DNA of 64,000 nt. Origin: Paraspadella gotoi (lineage: Eukaryota > Animalia > Chaetognatha). Numbering within the stretch: position 1 is the first letter of the stretch; every line of letters starts with the position of its first letter. A program made the position numbers and the translations under genes. Under the pieces are notes generated by a model. The model saw nothing but the letters and a program-made list of their open reading frames with translations, ran no database searches and was not told the origin of the DNA. Below are positions 11,691 through 23,600 of this stretch, one piece after another. The DNA is taken from positions 6,081,309 through 6,145,308 of the forward strand of contig CM119265.1 of NCBI GenBank assembly GCA_051294375.1, read 5' to 3'.

Positions 11691-12339
11691 TATAATATAG
11701 GAGTTAGTCTATAACTCCTATAGTTAGTTATTTGGGTGGGGTTTTTTGATAAATAAATAAATAAATAAATACTAGGGCGTAGAGATTCCTTAACCGTTAA
11801 TAAAGGTGAAAAGAAAAGTTTAACTTTACCGTTATCTTTATTTTAACGGTTAAAATCGGTTAAATTGTATTTTTTCTTATTTTGATATTTTTGTAAAGAA
11901 TATATTGTTTTCTTTAACTTATTATGTTTTTAAATCAATTTTTCTTTAAGTGAAGCGCTCAAATCAGACTCGCGTTTTTTGGAATACGAATAAAAGTTTT
12001 TATATTTTTACTTAGTAAAAATGTCCAATGATTTGAAAAAAGACGGACGGCTTCTCTCCTGTCTGGAATCATTTTGAGAAAAAGGTTGTGAGAAAAAATT
12101 TGTCTAGTCAAATTTTTTTCGGAAAATTTTTGGGCTGAAATGAGTTGTGAATAAGGCGCTAATTTTTTATCATTATATAGTAATATTGTAATTTTAATAG
12201 CAACAATAAATCATTAAAATCGAACTTTTTAAAAAAAATTATTTTTTTACCTAAAAGTAGACCTTGAAGACTAAAGTTTTGAACCCCCGCCCCTATTGAA
12301 TTTTGGGCTGAAGATGACTATCCATAACTTTTATAACCT

Positions 12340-12515
12340 CCTCTAGCAGCCATGGAACGGGTCCTGGGCTTGGAACCAGGCTTGAGGGTTTGCCACACCC
12401 CCAAGGCGGCTTACGGCCGTCCTCACGCTTCTCGCAGGTTAGGTACTGGGTTGGGATTGAACCCGGTACCTCGTGGTCATGAGCTGGTGGCTTTACTCAA
12501 TGAGCCACCGGGTCA
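12340..12515 (-). mobile_element. tRNA-derived SINE
   Basis: On the minus strand an A-box-like TGGCTCATTGAG and B box GGTTCAATCC have tRNA-like spacing, followed by a non-tRNA body. Confidence 0.65.
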
Positions 12516-13323
12516 CAACTGAAAGTGTCATGCTTATAGGCGGGGTGAGCCTAGGTAATGCCCGACTACAGTGTAAAAGAAAATAAATAATTTTAAGAAA
12601 AAACATAAAAAGGACTCCCCGGTTACTTGTATTCCAAAGCTGTAAAGTATCTGTTGAATATATTGTTAAATCTTTAAGCCAAACATCAAAGAAATGGGAC
12701 GCGGGTATTGGAGAAAGCCTCTTTAATACCACCAATTTTAAAAAATGAAAGAATTAAAAAGCTTTCTTCTTAAGAAAAACAACTTTAAAACGCCTCATAA
12801 TGACACGAAGAGGAGAGATGAAGTTTAAGAGAGAAACAGTCACCTCATTAGAATCTTTTTTAATTTAAGAATCGTGCAAACGCTTCTCTCATTAACATGA
12901 AAAAATACAATTTAAGTTTTAAAATTGATATTTCTACTTAAATAATTGCTGATTTTTTTTTTTTAAGTAAATGCCATTTTTGAAGCGGGGAACAAACTAG
13001 TTATGTTCCGGTGTTCTTTTAATTCATTATTACTTTTAAAATAGATTTTTAAAAGTATATATATATATATATGTGGGATTTGATCAAATCCCACATATAT
13101 ATATAAATACCCAATTTACCCATACTTTTCGATTAGAGCTTGCTGTCTCAGAAATTCCTGACGGATGCTAATGTACATTAGTAGATGTAACATATTAGTG
13201 CAGAAATTTCAATAAAAATACTTTTTGACCTGCTCGATCGGGTTTTTTTTTTCCACGTTTTATTTTTAAATGTTATTGAATTATTAAAAGGTGCAGTTCA
13301 TTTTTATTCTTAAACGTTGCGAT

Positions 13324-14454
13324 ATGTTTTCTGTTGTATCTGTGCTCCGCCAAACTCGACATTGTCGCTTTTGCCGATTGTCTCTCCGTCCGACTTCCGC
13401 CGTCCCGACTACGGTCCACTCGCGTTCTGCCTCTGTCGAAGTCATCGACTCAATAACCGTCATCCCCGGCGACGGAGCCCACCCGGAAATCATCGATCAT
13501 TGCAAGAACATCCTTCGCCACATGAAGATCCCAGTCAAGATAGAAGAGTTCAAGTTTTCTTATCAGCAGAATAAGAGGAACGAAAACGACGATGTTAAGG
13601 CTATCCATCAATCCATTAGAAAGAACAAGATCTCACTCGTCGGCCACATTAGTCCTCCACCGGTTGACTATCAGGGCGAGAGCTTACACCTCATAAACGT
13701 CTTCAACCTTTTTGCCAATGTGACCTGGATCAAAAGTCTTCCTGGCATTGAGTACAAGCACGGAGAAGTTGACTTTGTCATCGTCAGAGAGCAATTAGAG
13801 GGAGAGTACAAGAAGAAAGAGCATGCCGTTTGGTCCAAGGATTCCGGCACGGCTGTGGAGTCTCTCAAGGTGATCTCCCGGCAAAACTCGGAGCGCATCG
13901 CCCGGTTCGCCTTCGATTACGCCACAAAATGGGGACGCAGCAAAGTTACTGCCATCCACAAGGCCAATATAATGAAACAGGGGGACGGTATGTTCCTGCA
14001 CACCTGCCAGAGAGTAGCCAAGCTGTATCCGGACATCGAGTTTTCCGATATGATCATTGACAACGCGTCCATGCAGATGGTGTCCAACCCTCAGCAGTTC
14101 GACGTAATCGTCACCACAAATTTGTATGGAAACATCCTGGAGAATCTTGGTGCCGGCCTCATCGGTGGAGTAGGCGTGGTTGCCGGCGAAGATTGGAGTC
14201 ACGAAGAGATCATGTACGGAATGGGGGCGCGGCATCCCTATTGGAAAGCCGCGGGAAAAGATATCGCCAATCCGACTTTTATGCTGCTGTCGACCTCGAA
14301 CATGCTTAGAAAGCTCTACTTTTACGACGAATCCGCCGCCTTGAGAGAGGCCATTTATAACGTTTACAGGGAAGGAAAGACTTTGACGGAAGATTTTAAG
14401 GGGACCGCCACAGGAGCTCAGTTCCTGGAAGCCGTGAAAAAGCACTTGGGATAA
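13324..14454 (+). CDS. IDH3B: NAD-dependent isocitrate dehydrogenase subunit beta-like (mitochondrial), intronless and divergent
   Basis: Arg-rich presequence; VREQLEGEY, RIARFAFDYA, VTAIHKANIMK, MIIDNASMQMV, NLYGNI, GARHP and IANPT. REQ and ARHP fit the beta subunit. Confidence 0.85.
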   Translation: MFSVVSVLRQTRHCRFCRLSLRPTSAVPTTVHSRSASVEVIDSITVIPGDGAHPEIIDHCKNILRHMKIPVKIEEFKFSYQQNKRNENDDVKAIHQSIRKNKISLVGHISPPPVDYQGESLHLINVFNLFANVTWIKSLPGIEYKHGEVDFVIVREQLEGEYKKKEHAVWSKDSGTAVESLKVISRQNSERIARFAFDYATKWGRSKVTAIHKANIMKQGDGMFLHTCQRVAKLYPDIEFSDMIIDNASMQMVSNPQQFDVIVTTNLYGNILENLGAGLIGGVGVVAGEDWSHEEIMYGMGARHPYWKAAGKDIANPTFMLLSTSNMLRKLYFYDESAALREAIYNVYREGKTLTEDFKGTATGAQFLEAVKKHLG

Positions 14455-14859
14455 TTTTATTTTTGTATGCTGGGGACAACCATGTTATTTTCTTTTATTG
14501 ATCAATCATATTTATTAACTAGTACCTTTCTAACGAAAAACATTTCGGGACCTTTGGTTTGGATTGTATATGGCATTTCCTGCAAACCAAAGTTTTTTTC
14601 GAATTCGAGTAAAAATATTAATGACACCAAATTTATTATAAATATCATCACATTTACATACAACGTTGGATTGTTGGCTCTTGAAATATGAAAATAAATA
14701 TAATTCTAACTTATAGTATGTTACTTAATTGTTTCGTCTGAATCATTTTTGCTATTATGAAATAAGACCAATTTTTTGAAATTTTTCACCCTTTAATCTG
14801 TGAAAATTTTACTATTAATGTAACTGACCAAAATATTGCTCGACTTAGGTAAAAATGGG

Positions 14860-15429
14860 ATGGGGTCCAACGTGAATAGCGATGATTATTATGAAATTTT
14901 AGGCATCCAGAGGACTGCCACCCAGGACGAAATTAGAAAAGCTTACAGAAAATCCGCTTTGCAATGGCATCCCGACAAGAACCCCGGCAACGAGGAGAGA
15001 GCGCAAGCGGTTTTCAAAAAAATTTCCGAAGCTTACGAGGTTCTTTCAGACCCGGCTCGTAAACGTCAATACGATAATGCGGGAAAAAACCTGGCTAAGA
15101 AGCGGTCGCCGAGAAACCGGCCCAAATTTGGATTTGGAAATTTTCGTTTTCAGTTTCCAGATCCGTTCGAGGTTTTCCAAGACGTTTTTGTTTCTGGGGG
15201 CGACGTTAGGATTAATGTCTCCTCGGGAGGTGGGCGCGCTGCAGGGCGAAATTCTCAGTCGACTACTACAAAGGTTTTGAACGGTAAAGTTACAACTACG
15301 ACTACCACACAAACCGGAACCACGACGTCAAAAAAGACGACGACGATGCACAACGGTCACGTCGACGTCATCGTCGAGCGCAACGGGAGGGTCGTGTCGC
15401 ACACGGTGGACGGAGTGGAGAAAATTTGA
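14860..15429 (+). CDS. DnaJ/Hsp40 class B co-chaperone, DNAJB6/B8-like, intronless
   Basis: [27 protein letters not shown], the [10 protein letters not shown] motif, an S/T-rich region and a beta-rich C-terminus. Confidence 0.9.
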   Translation: MGSNVNSDDYYEILGIQRTATQDEIRKAYRKSALQWHPDKNPGNEERAQAVFKKISEAYEVLSDPARKRQYDNAGKNLAKKRSPRNRPKFGFGNFRFQFPDPFEVFQDVFVSGGDVRINVSSGGGRAAGRNSQSTTTKVLNGKVTTTTTTQTGTTTSKKTTTMHNGHVDVIVERNGRVVSHTVDGVEKI

Positions 15430-15789
15430 AGATATTTAGGCTTGTGTGTGTGGGATGGCGAGGGGTTGTTCCAGCGCTAGACAAAAAATAACTCATTAAT
15501 CATACTGAGCATTTCAATTTATGAAGATATACTGAGACGCCAGGAGCTACTAAAAATTATATATACACGGATTTAAAATAGGAGTGAAATGAAAGGATCA
15601 AATACTGTGGATAAATTAGCCTGTTGCCTAACTATTAATAAGAATTTTTTTACAATGAGTTTAAAATTGAATTAACAAATAAGAGAGGAAAAATGTTGCA
15701 AGAAAAGCTGCTGGAAGGCAAGCGCACCAGTTGCTATGTCTGATGTAAAGTGTAAAGTGTAAATGTAACATGTAAAGTATTCTCAATTT

Positions 15790-16410
15790 GCTTTATAGTT
15801 GGGGTCGCCCCACTCAATGGGGTGAGTCAAAAATTTAGAATGATTTTATGCTCAAACGAAAATTTATACATTTTGAAGTATACTTTCAATGGACAAAACA
15901 TTTCTTATATGGCTCTATACCCAAATAATTAATTTTTTAATATTTATTTATAAATAGGAAAGGCCAAAATTTTTTTTTATAATTTTTAAATTTTAAGACT
16001 AGATTCAGATAGCTCATAAAAAGTTGTCTACACAAAGTATAATTCTTTTTTAAATATTTTTATGATAAGTGAGTCAAAAATAAGAAAAACCGTAAAAAAT
16101 CATCATCATCTTTCGATGATTTTATCATTTTTTTAATATTTTCACATAAAAAACGTAAGAATTTTTAAAAGCTGTAATTATATTTCTTGTTTAACTTTTT
16201 ATGCTCTTGCAGAATCCATCAAAAAATTTTAAGATTTCAAAAAAAAAAGTTTATAATGTAAAAAAAGACAAGTAATATTTAATGTATTAATCAAGATGTA
16301 TAATGTAAATTTTTTTTGAAAATGATTGCTTAAATATTTAGTCAAGACAACTAAAAATACTTTGCTAATAGTCGAAATTTTATATTATCTCTGGAGTTGG
16401 TCCCTATTTA
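15790..16410. mobile_element. Degenerate palindromic AT-rich element (MITE-like)
   Basis: Imperfect inverted similarity, for example about 15980-16026 versus about 16192-16240; ends are poorly defined. Confidence 0.4.
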
Positions 16411-16668
16411 TAGGAACATAAACGTCAGGGACTTTTCAAACTAATGAAATAAACAAATATTAATCACAGTCAGTCAGTTAAGATTTATAACAACTCTTTT
16501 CATTTCAATCCCATTTGAAATCCGTGAAATGTAATAAGGTAATAATATTTACAATTATACTTACATGTAAACATTTAATAATGTATATATAAGTGCTAAT
16601 ATATCTTGCTCCTTTCTGAGTACCTTCCAGCTATCGCATTTAACACATCGAATCGATCAAAGTGCAAA

Positions 16669-18206
16669 ATGCCTCCCAAGAAGAAAAATGGATTTTACTG
16701 CTTCATGGAGGAGTTGTTGCGAGCCAAGCAATCTCGCGGGGAGAGCGTCACCATGGCACAGATGACGGGAATCGCCAGTCCTATCTGGAAGACGATGGGG
16801 CCCGATGAGAGGGCCAAGTACGTCGCTCTGGCTAAGGGCGGTGGAGCGGAAGACTTTTCGTCGGCTGCTCCGGTTGTCGACAGACGCAAGAATAACCAGC
16901 GTCAATTCATGGCCGACAAGGACGAAGAGATTCGTCAAAAGCACGATCTTTTCAAAAGTCGTGAGAACGAGATTAAGGCAATGACTTTATCCTGGCCCCC
17001 GGGTAACGCTCTCATTCACGAGCGCTTCTACGTCATCAGCTTCGAGTACTTTGTCAAGACGCAGGAAAACGTTTACTTCCCCTGTGAAGTGGCTGCTGCG
17101 CAGTTTTCGCTGCGCGAGGGAATCGTCCGCTGCTTTCATTCCTTCATCGATCCAGGATCGGTGCCCCTTGGATACACTGGCGCGGAGAGGAGCCGTTCCG
17201 AAGAGCGTCATCATATTTGCCCGTTTGATCGCTTCTCGGATTCGGTGTTCAATTCAGAAGACCCAGACGACGTGGACAAATTGCGGAGAAATTACGCGAA
17301 TCACGTCGACGTTTACTCGCGCCTTCTCCGCTTTTTTACTGACGAAGGAGGAAAACGAGAGCGAAATGTTTTCACTTTTTCCGAGGAGGTCGTCGTCGTC
17401 GAAGCCTGCTTGGATTGGCTCTACCAGAGGGCCCGGCCCGAGCTGGGGCTTCGGGAAAATGTGATGCCTCGGCCGCTGCGTCTCTCCGGCCTAGTGCAAC
17501 AGATGTATAGTCACTCAAAATCCGAACTCGTCACAGAAGTTCCCGGCATCAACTCGATTCAACTCTTGCTGACTCAATCCGTATGGGACTACACGCCAAA
17601 GATTCGCTGCTTCTTTCACGAAGAAAAGGACGTTAAGTTTTGCACGTTGGCTCAGGTCAAACGCTGGTGCTACGCAATCTTCGACGGCATGAAGACGGAA
17701 AGTCAATGGTATCGCTTCCAGTTGACAGCCAACCACGTGCCGCCCACAAGCAAGGACGTATTTACCGTCGTCGCTATGGCCGAGCCCGACAAATCCTTCG
17801 GCATCAGTCGATTCGAGGATTTTGGCGCCGCCTCCGCTAACTTTTGTCGCACAGATCAGCGTCCAGAATATCGGGACACGAAGGTCGTGTACCAAGAAGG
17901 AAGTAAAGCTGAACAGAACGAAGTGGAACCAGCAGACCCTTGGCCGTCCCTACGACAGGTGCCTATAGTGGTTTTAGAGCCATGGATTTCTAATTTTCCT
18001 TTTCTTTTCCTACTTACTTTTCATCTCAGAGCACAGAGCCAAAGTCTCCTCTATGGGTTAGCGGCGCTAATGGCGGCGTCCCTGCACCCACGAGACCTGC
18101 GTTCGGGCGAGGCGTTGGGAGAGGCTTGTATCAACCGCCGAACAAGCGCGAAGAAGACAAAGTTGCCAGACATGGCAGGGGCAGGGGAATTTACCCTGCC
18201 CCATAG
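16669..18206 (+). CDS. MAEL: Maelstrom (HMG box + MAEL domain), piRNA pathway; exons 16669-17958 and 18030-18206
   Basis: MPPKKKNGFYCFM..WKTMGPDERAKY (HMG box); PCEVAAAQFSLREGI..FIDPG..PLGY; IRCFFHEEKDVKFC (ECHC motif); spliced tail contains GRGVGRG and GRGRG. Confidence 0.93.
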
Positions 18207-18499
18207 CGTTTTGTTAGCTGGAAAACGTTCAGACATTAAATTTTTCTCTTTCTACTTTTTATTATCCCATTGGTCCACAATACCATTAAAAAACACCTTT
18301 TGTTTCTGATCGGATTTCGCTGGTGATTTCAAATCATTTTTTCTTTCATTTTGATTTTCTAGGTACATGCATTTCGACAAACTCTGTATGTTCCCTGTGT
18401 ATTTATGTAACTAAACGTAAACATCACATTGAAGACTTTCTAAAGTGAAAAAAATGCCAGCTGACTATGAGCGCTTACCGATTTATTGCCTAATAGAAG

Positions 18500-20285
18500 A
18501 TGAGGGGAACTGAAATCAGTTTACTCGGGATGCGATTGACGAGTGCGCGGAAGAAATTAAGGGAGCGTGATAATGTGAGAGCACCACTACAAGCCGAGAT
18601 CTTGACGATCAAGAAGGAATTACGATCTAATCAGACTGATCAGTGCGGAAGCGACGCCGACCTCTCCAAGGAAATACCCGCTCGTAGGGCTTGGTAATAA
18701 TTTCAATCTTGATATATGTTGATTGCTGAAATTATATAATCGGGAACTGGAACCTAACCACTGTAGTAACCAGTCAGTTATTTTATTTTTGCTTTTTAAA
18801 AGTGAAGTTTTCGAATGTTCTGTTTTTTTACAATAAATAATATTATATAATATTAAATAATTTTTTACGTGCTCCCTAAACTCCATCCCATAATCTCTCA
18901 TTCTATCCCGGGACGCCGTCGTCTTCGAAACATTGACGGGAACCAGGCGGGTAGCGCTTTGCTAGATTGACCCGCGTTTTCCGATTAATTTTAGAAGTTG
19001 TCGTTTCAGTTTCGCCAAACTCGAATCTCTTCCGGGTCCTGAATACTCTATGGAAATCGACTCAGAAACGACGGACTCGGGCATCGCCGTCAGCGAGGTC
19101 TTTAGTTGCGCCGCGAGTACTCGCGGAGCAACTCTCTCACTTTTCGGTCGGACTGTCCCACTTACGTTAAAAGAGTACATAACTCGCTTGTACTTGGTTG
19201 CTCATTTGTTATGACAGGAAAAACCCTCAAATCTAAGCGACTGGCTAGAGCCGCCTTTTGTTTTTTGTTGCGGTCAGTCCGTCGGTATGTCGGTCTGTCC
19301 GTCGGTATGTCGGTCTGTCCGTCGGTCTGTCCCACTGATGTTAAAAATGCATATAATTTGTTTATAGTTGTTTGCTCATTTGTTAAGACATGTTAAAAAT
19401 ACATGTGAATACACGGGATAAAATGTAATATGGCGTAATTCAGTTAATTTAGTTAATTAATTTAGTTAATACTTGGCAGATATTACTAAATGCGTCTAAA
19501 TCAATGCGGCATATTTCTTGTAATGTCGGGTTGTTTGAGTTGAAACTTAGCAGAGAAGTGATCAACCATACTAAGACCCTTGTTATACATAAATTTCACA
19601 GTCTTGTAGTCGCGCGATCACAGGGAAATACGCAAATTAAGTCAGTTGTGTGAAATTTTTTTTTTCTCTCGACTTAGGCAGCTGAAAAGGAAAGGTTGAG
19701 GTCATTGACAGAAGACTGGGAGATCGTCATCGATTCTGACGACGACGATGACGGAGTTCAAGTTTTGTCAGTCTTTGGCAAGTTGATGAACTCACTCACA
19801 CACCCACCCACTCCTGGACTGTTTATTCTGGCGTTTAATCTGGCGTGCTTGTTTACTGAGTGCTGTAGTGGGTGATTTTTTTTGTCAGTTGATTTCACCT
19901 TACATCAACCTTCCTTCCTTCACTCTTAAAGAAGAATTTTCTTACCAGAAGACAAACCTTTTCCATTCCAGGTCCCCGCCCGAAGCGAATTAATTACGCT
20001 CGTGTCAAACGATTGGATAGAGAGTATCGGCTGATGGTGCAGAGCAGCAATCGAGCCTCTGACAGCGATAAGCAGCGCATCTTGGATTTTATGGATGGCG
20101 GCTGGCGTCGGCCAAAAAGCCGCAGTCGCCGCTCTGGAATCGAGTCCATCTTGCTCGGAAAAGATATCGAACTTATCCAGCCCAAACCTGACCTTCCCAA
20201 GCAACTAGCAGTTGTGGATACCGTTTTATTTCTCGATCACGACACGGGAAAGTTGAGTTCGACTAAATCTTGGAAACCAGTTTGA
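18500..20285 (+). CDS. Protein with an acidic linker and a NELF-A (WHSC2) C-terminal-like domain. Proposed exons 18500-18692 (uncertain), 19010-19097, 19678-19777, 19972-20285; alternative start ATG 19050
   Basis: The last exon, MVQSSNRASDSDKQRILDFMDG..IESILL..VVDTVLFLDHDTGKLSSTKSWKPV*, aligns by eye with the NELF-A C-terminus as recalled (MFKTANKVTRPEKALILGFMAG..LVDTVFEMNYATGQWTRFKKYKPM). Exon phases are consistent. Confidence 0.7.
19100..19260 (+). mobile_element. Short dispersed element, DINE-1/HINE-like (copy also at about 59660-59830)
   Basis: TTTAGTTGCGCCGCGAGTACTCGCGGAGCAACTCT hairpin head, GTCG/GTCY repeats and a shared CCTCAAATCTAAG..GCCGCCTT end. Confidence 0.65.
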
Positions 20286-20660
20286 CTTAAATATCATGTG
20301 GAGTTACGGTATCTAACAAATTTTGTATACTAATTTCAATGATATTGAAATGCGAATCACGTTAGTTCGCAATTCGTAATAGTTTCATGATAAAAATAAT
20401 TAACTATCTTTTATTATCCAGTGCAGTGTTGATAGTGTTATAATATTTTATCTAATAGTAATTAGAATTTCGTTATATATGCAATGAAATATGCATATTT
20501 ATCTTGCTACTTTTATTTATTAAACATGAGTTTTGAATTTTTTTCCTTTTAATGTTAGTATTTGAAGAAGTTTTTCTGGGAAGAAAACGAAAAGTTTCTC
20601 GTTTCGTGTCTCTGTTTTCGTGCTTTTCCGAATTCATGACGTTAAAAATTATGCGGAGTC

Positions 20661-23600
20661 ATGGACGAAGCTGAACAATTAACGGGTAATTTTCTTATTT
20701 TAATTTTGTTTTAAAACATTTCGTAAACCTGCGGTGATCTCACTGATAACTTTTTAAGAACGGTTTTAATATATATGCTCCGAATATGAACTTTCGTATT
20801 GTAGTATAGTTAATATTTATTTGATAATTTTAACTGTTATAACCAATGTTTTATTTAACTTATTTGTTTACGTTATTCGAATAGGTTTTGTATGTGAAGC
20901 TTATGTAGGACTTTAAAGTTTGTTTTACTTTTAAGTAGAAATGCATTTTTGTTATAATTTTTTAATTAATTTCATTTATTACTTCATTGCATGCCCTGGC
21001 TTTTCCTTTATTAATTTATCAAACGAAACGAAAGAACGGAAGTCTTCAATCAAAAGTTTAATCTACTCTGGATTTTTGTTTTCCAACCCTATTTTGAAAA
21101 CAGCCTCTGTTCAAGGAGCTTGTCAATAAAAAAAATTTCAAATATAAACCCGTGATACTTATAGTTATACTAATCATGTGGCTCCCAGGAGTTTCCCTTT
21201 TTCGTTCCGCCATGGGGTTTTCTCGATCTGAGGATAAGCTGGGAAAAGCGGCGCTTCAAGAAAGAAAGAAAAAACAAGATCTTTATGCCCAAGAAGACCA
21301 CGAGGACGATGATGACGAGGAATCTAATTCTGAGACTGCAGGTGTGTCTCGTTCTAATTCTTATGTTCAGGGGTGGGATCATATATCGAGACAAAATTTT
21401 AAAAACTCTCAATGATTTTTAAAATCTGAATAAATATTTGTCTAATACTCTCTCTTAGCTTTTATATTAATCTTTTTGAAATTCTTTAATATAATGCTTT
21501 TTTTGATGCAGCAAAAGCAACTGCTCGGTTTTCTCCGCGCGGTTTGGAAGAAAAATGTTTGAAAACTTATTGTTTAATTTCATTCTAAAATATAACTGTT
21601 AAAAATATTTTTAGTAGTACTTATCTATAATATAAAAATGCTTCTGTCAAGGTTTACATAGCATTTTGGTTTAAAAAAATTTTCAAGTAAGAGGGTAAGG
21701 TTTGGTTAAGTTACTGTAATGGTTTAATTTTTATTAAAACTTACTTTTATCAAAAAAATTATTAAAGATATTGTCAGATAATTAAGTTAATCATGTAAGA
21801 TTTCTGAATTCATAATAAAAGGGTCAAAACGGTAAGAAATACATAAAGTATTTGACGATACTCGTTAAAATCTTCCTAAAATTTTGTCTTACATGCCTAA
21901 AAAAAATTAAATAAGTTTAATTTGGATAATGATGAAAAGCTTAAAATCATGTCAATTGAAAATAAGACATAACACTGTCATGTTCAGAAACGACCACTGA
22001 AAAATATTAAAAAGTATGGCTTTTATCATATGCTATAAAATGCGCGCGTATAAAAACGAGTAACTGTTTTGAAAACATCCACGACGGCTAGGAGTTGCTT
22101 TAAAAATTATTTTGTTTCATTGTATATAAAAGTAAAAAGCCAAAAAAAAACTGTTGCCCCTCATTTTATTATTGTATCTCAAATCATTCAGATAGGGCAG
22201 GACGATATAGCGTCCCACCCCTGTACGGTATGTATTTTTTTTGGAAAAAAATTGCAAAAGCCTTGGAGGCCAACTTTTGACTCTTCAAAGACTTTTGGTT
22301 TAACTTCATCTGTAATGAGTAAATACATGTTAAACTTAGATCAATGAACCTTTGTGTACAATGTACAATGTACATATCTATATTGTATATTTTGTAATTT
22401 ATTGCCATAAATCTTGGAAGAAAGATTGGGTTTTTAGAGAGCAATAGAAGTTAATCCAGATGATATTTCGGCTTTCGCCCCCCCCCCCCGATTTATTTTG
22501 AACGACAGATGAAGCCGAGGGCGAATCGGACAAAAGCCCGATCGTAGTCCTTCAAGGACCGAGAGGTCTTGTCGTGATGAGAAGGGCGCGGGTCGCTAAA
22601 GCAATGAAGGAGAAAAAGCTGCTCGACCAAGAATTGACAAAGGTTAATTTAACAGGGAACTCAGCTCGAGAAGGTAAATTTCAAAAGACATATAAGTTGG
22701 TGTTGTTTGACATCCTGATTATAATAGGCACGTTATGGTTCGGCACCCTCGTGGCCACCCGCTGGGAAGCTGAGGCCCTACGAAGTATTATCCAATCAGT
22801 CGGAAAAAAATCGTTATCCGGACGTTGATGAAATGGTCATTTAAATATACGTTATAAATAGAATTGGCTATTATTATTATTAATAATAAACGTAAGCAAA
22901 TTAATTAGAATTTTAATATACAGGTCCTCGTTGATGCTACCCACTCCTTGCAAATCAACGACAAAGGAAAAATGTCACGGAAAACCAACAGGTTCGTTTA
23001 AGTTGGTGCCCTTTACAGTCGATGTAAGAAACAAACGTAACGTGCGTAACGTCACGAGTTCAAACGCAGGGTACTACCTGAAAAACAGAAAGGTAAGCTT
23101 TTGTTGGTATGATTTAGTCTAGTATAAATTAGTTAGTATAATTTAGTTGTTTAGAATAAATTTATTAGAAGTTTTTGTTGTGTAAAGCACATAAATTAAT
23201 ATTAATACTTCTCCCAATAGTTGCAACTTTGTTTACGTTATATGTTTATTTCCGTATATAAATTATAATTTGTCAATGTTCCAACTGGTTATTGATGTTT
23301 ATTGAAAATTAATCCTGATAGAAATTTTGTTGTAGGTATATTAATGACTTTGACTGTGATTTAACAAGAATGTTTACTAAACTAAACATTGTTTAGTGAT
23401 GTTTTTATCGACGCAATTGCTTTGCGTTTGTGACTATTTTGCTGTAGTTTTGCAAATAAGTGGCGTCGTCGTCGTTGTTGTCGTCGTAGATGTTCCAATT
23501 TATAGATCGCCTTTTTGATGATTAAATTTGGGTGTATAAAGCTGAAAATTTATATACAGCTTCTCATCATCGAGGTCCTTGAAATTGGGTGAGGACGTTT

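Larger units (their letters stand above)
11386..13173. mobile_element. Non-autonomous TIR element with nested repeats
   Basis: TA|CAGTAGCATCCGTCAAGAATTTCTCAGAGGGCAAGCTCTA ... TAGAGCTTGCTGTCTCAGAAATTCCTGACGGATGCTAATG|TA: about 40-bp imperfect TIRs with a TA duplication. Confidence 0.75.

Noticed and set aside
13795-14445. 216-aa antisense ORF (similar ones overlap pICln, MAEL and MAN2A)
   Set aside because: These are shadow ORFs opposite well-supported CDSs.
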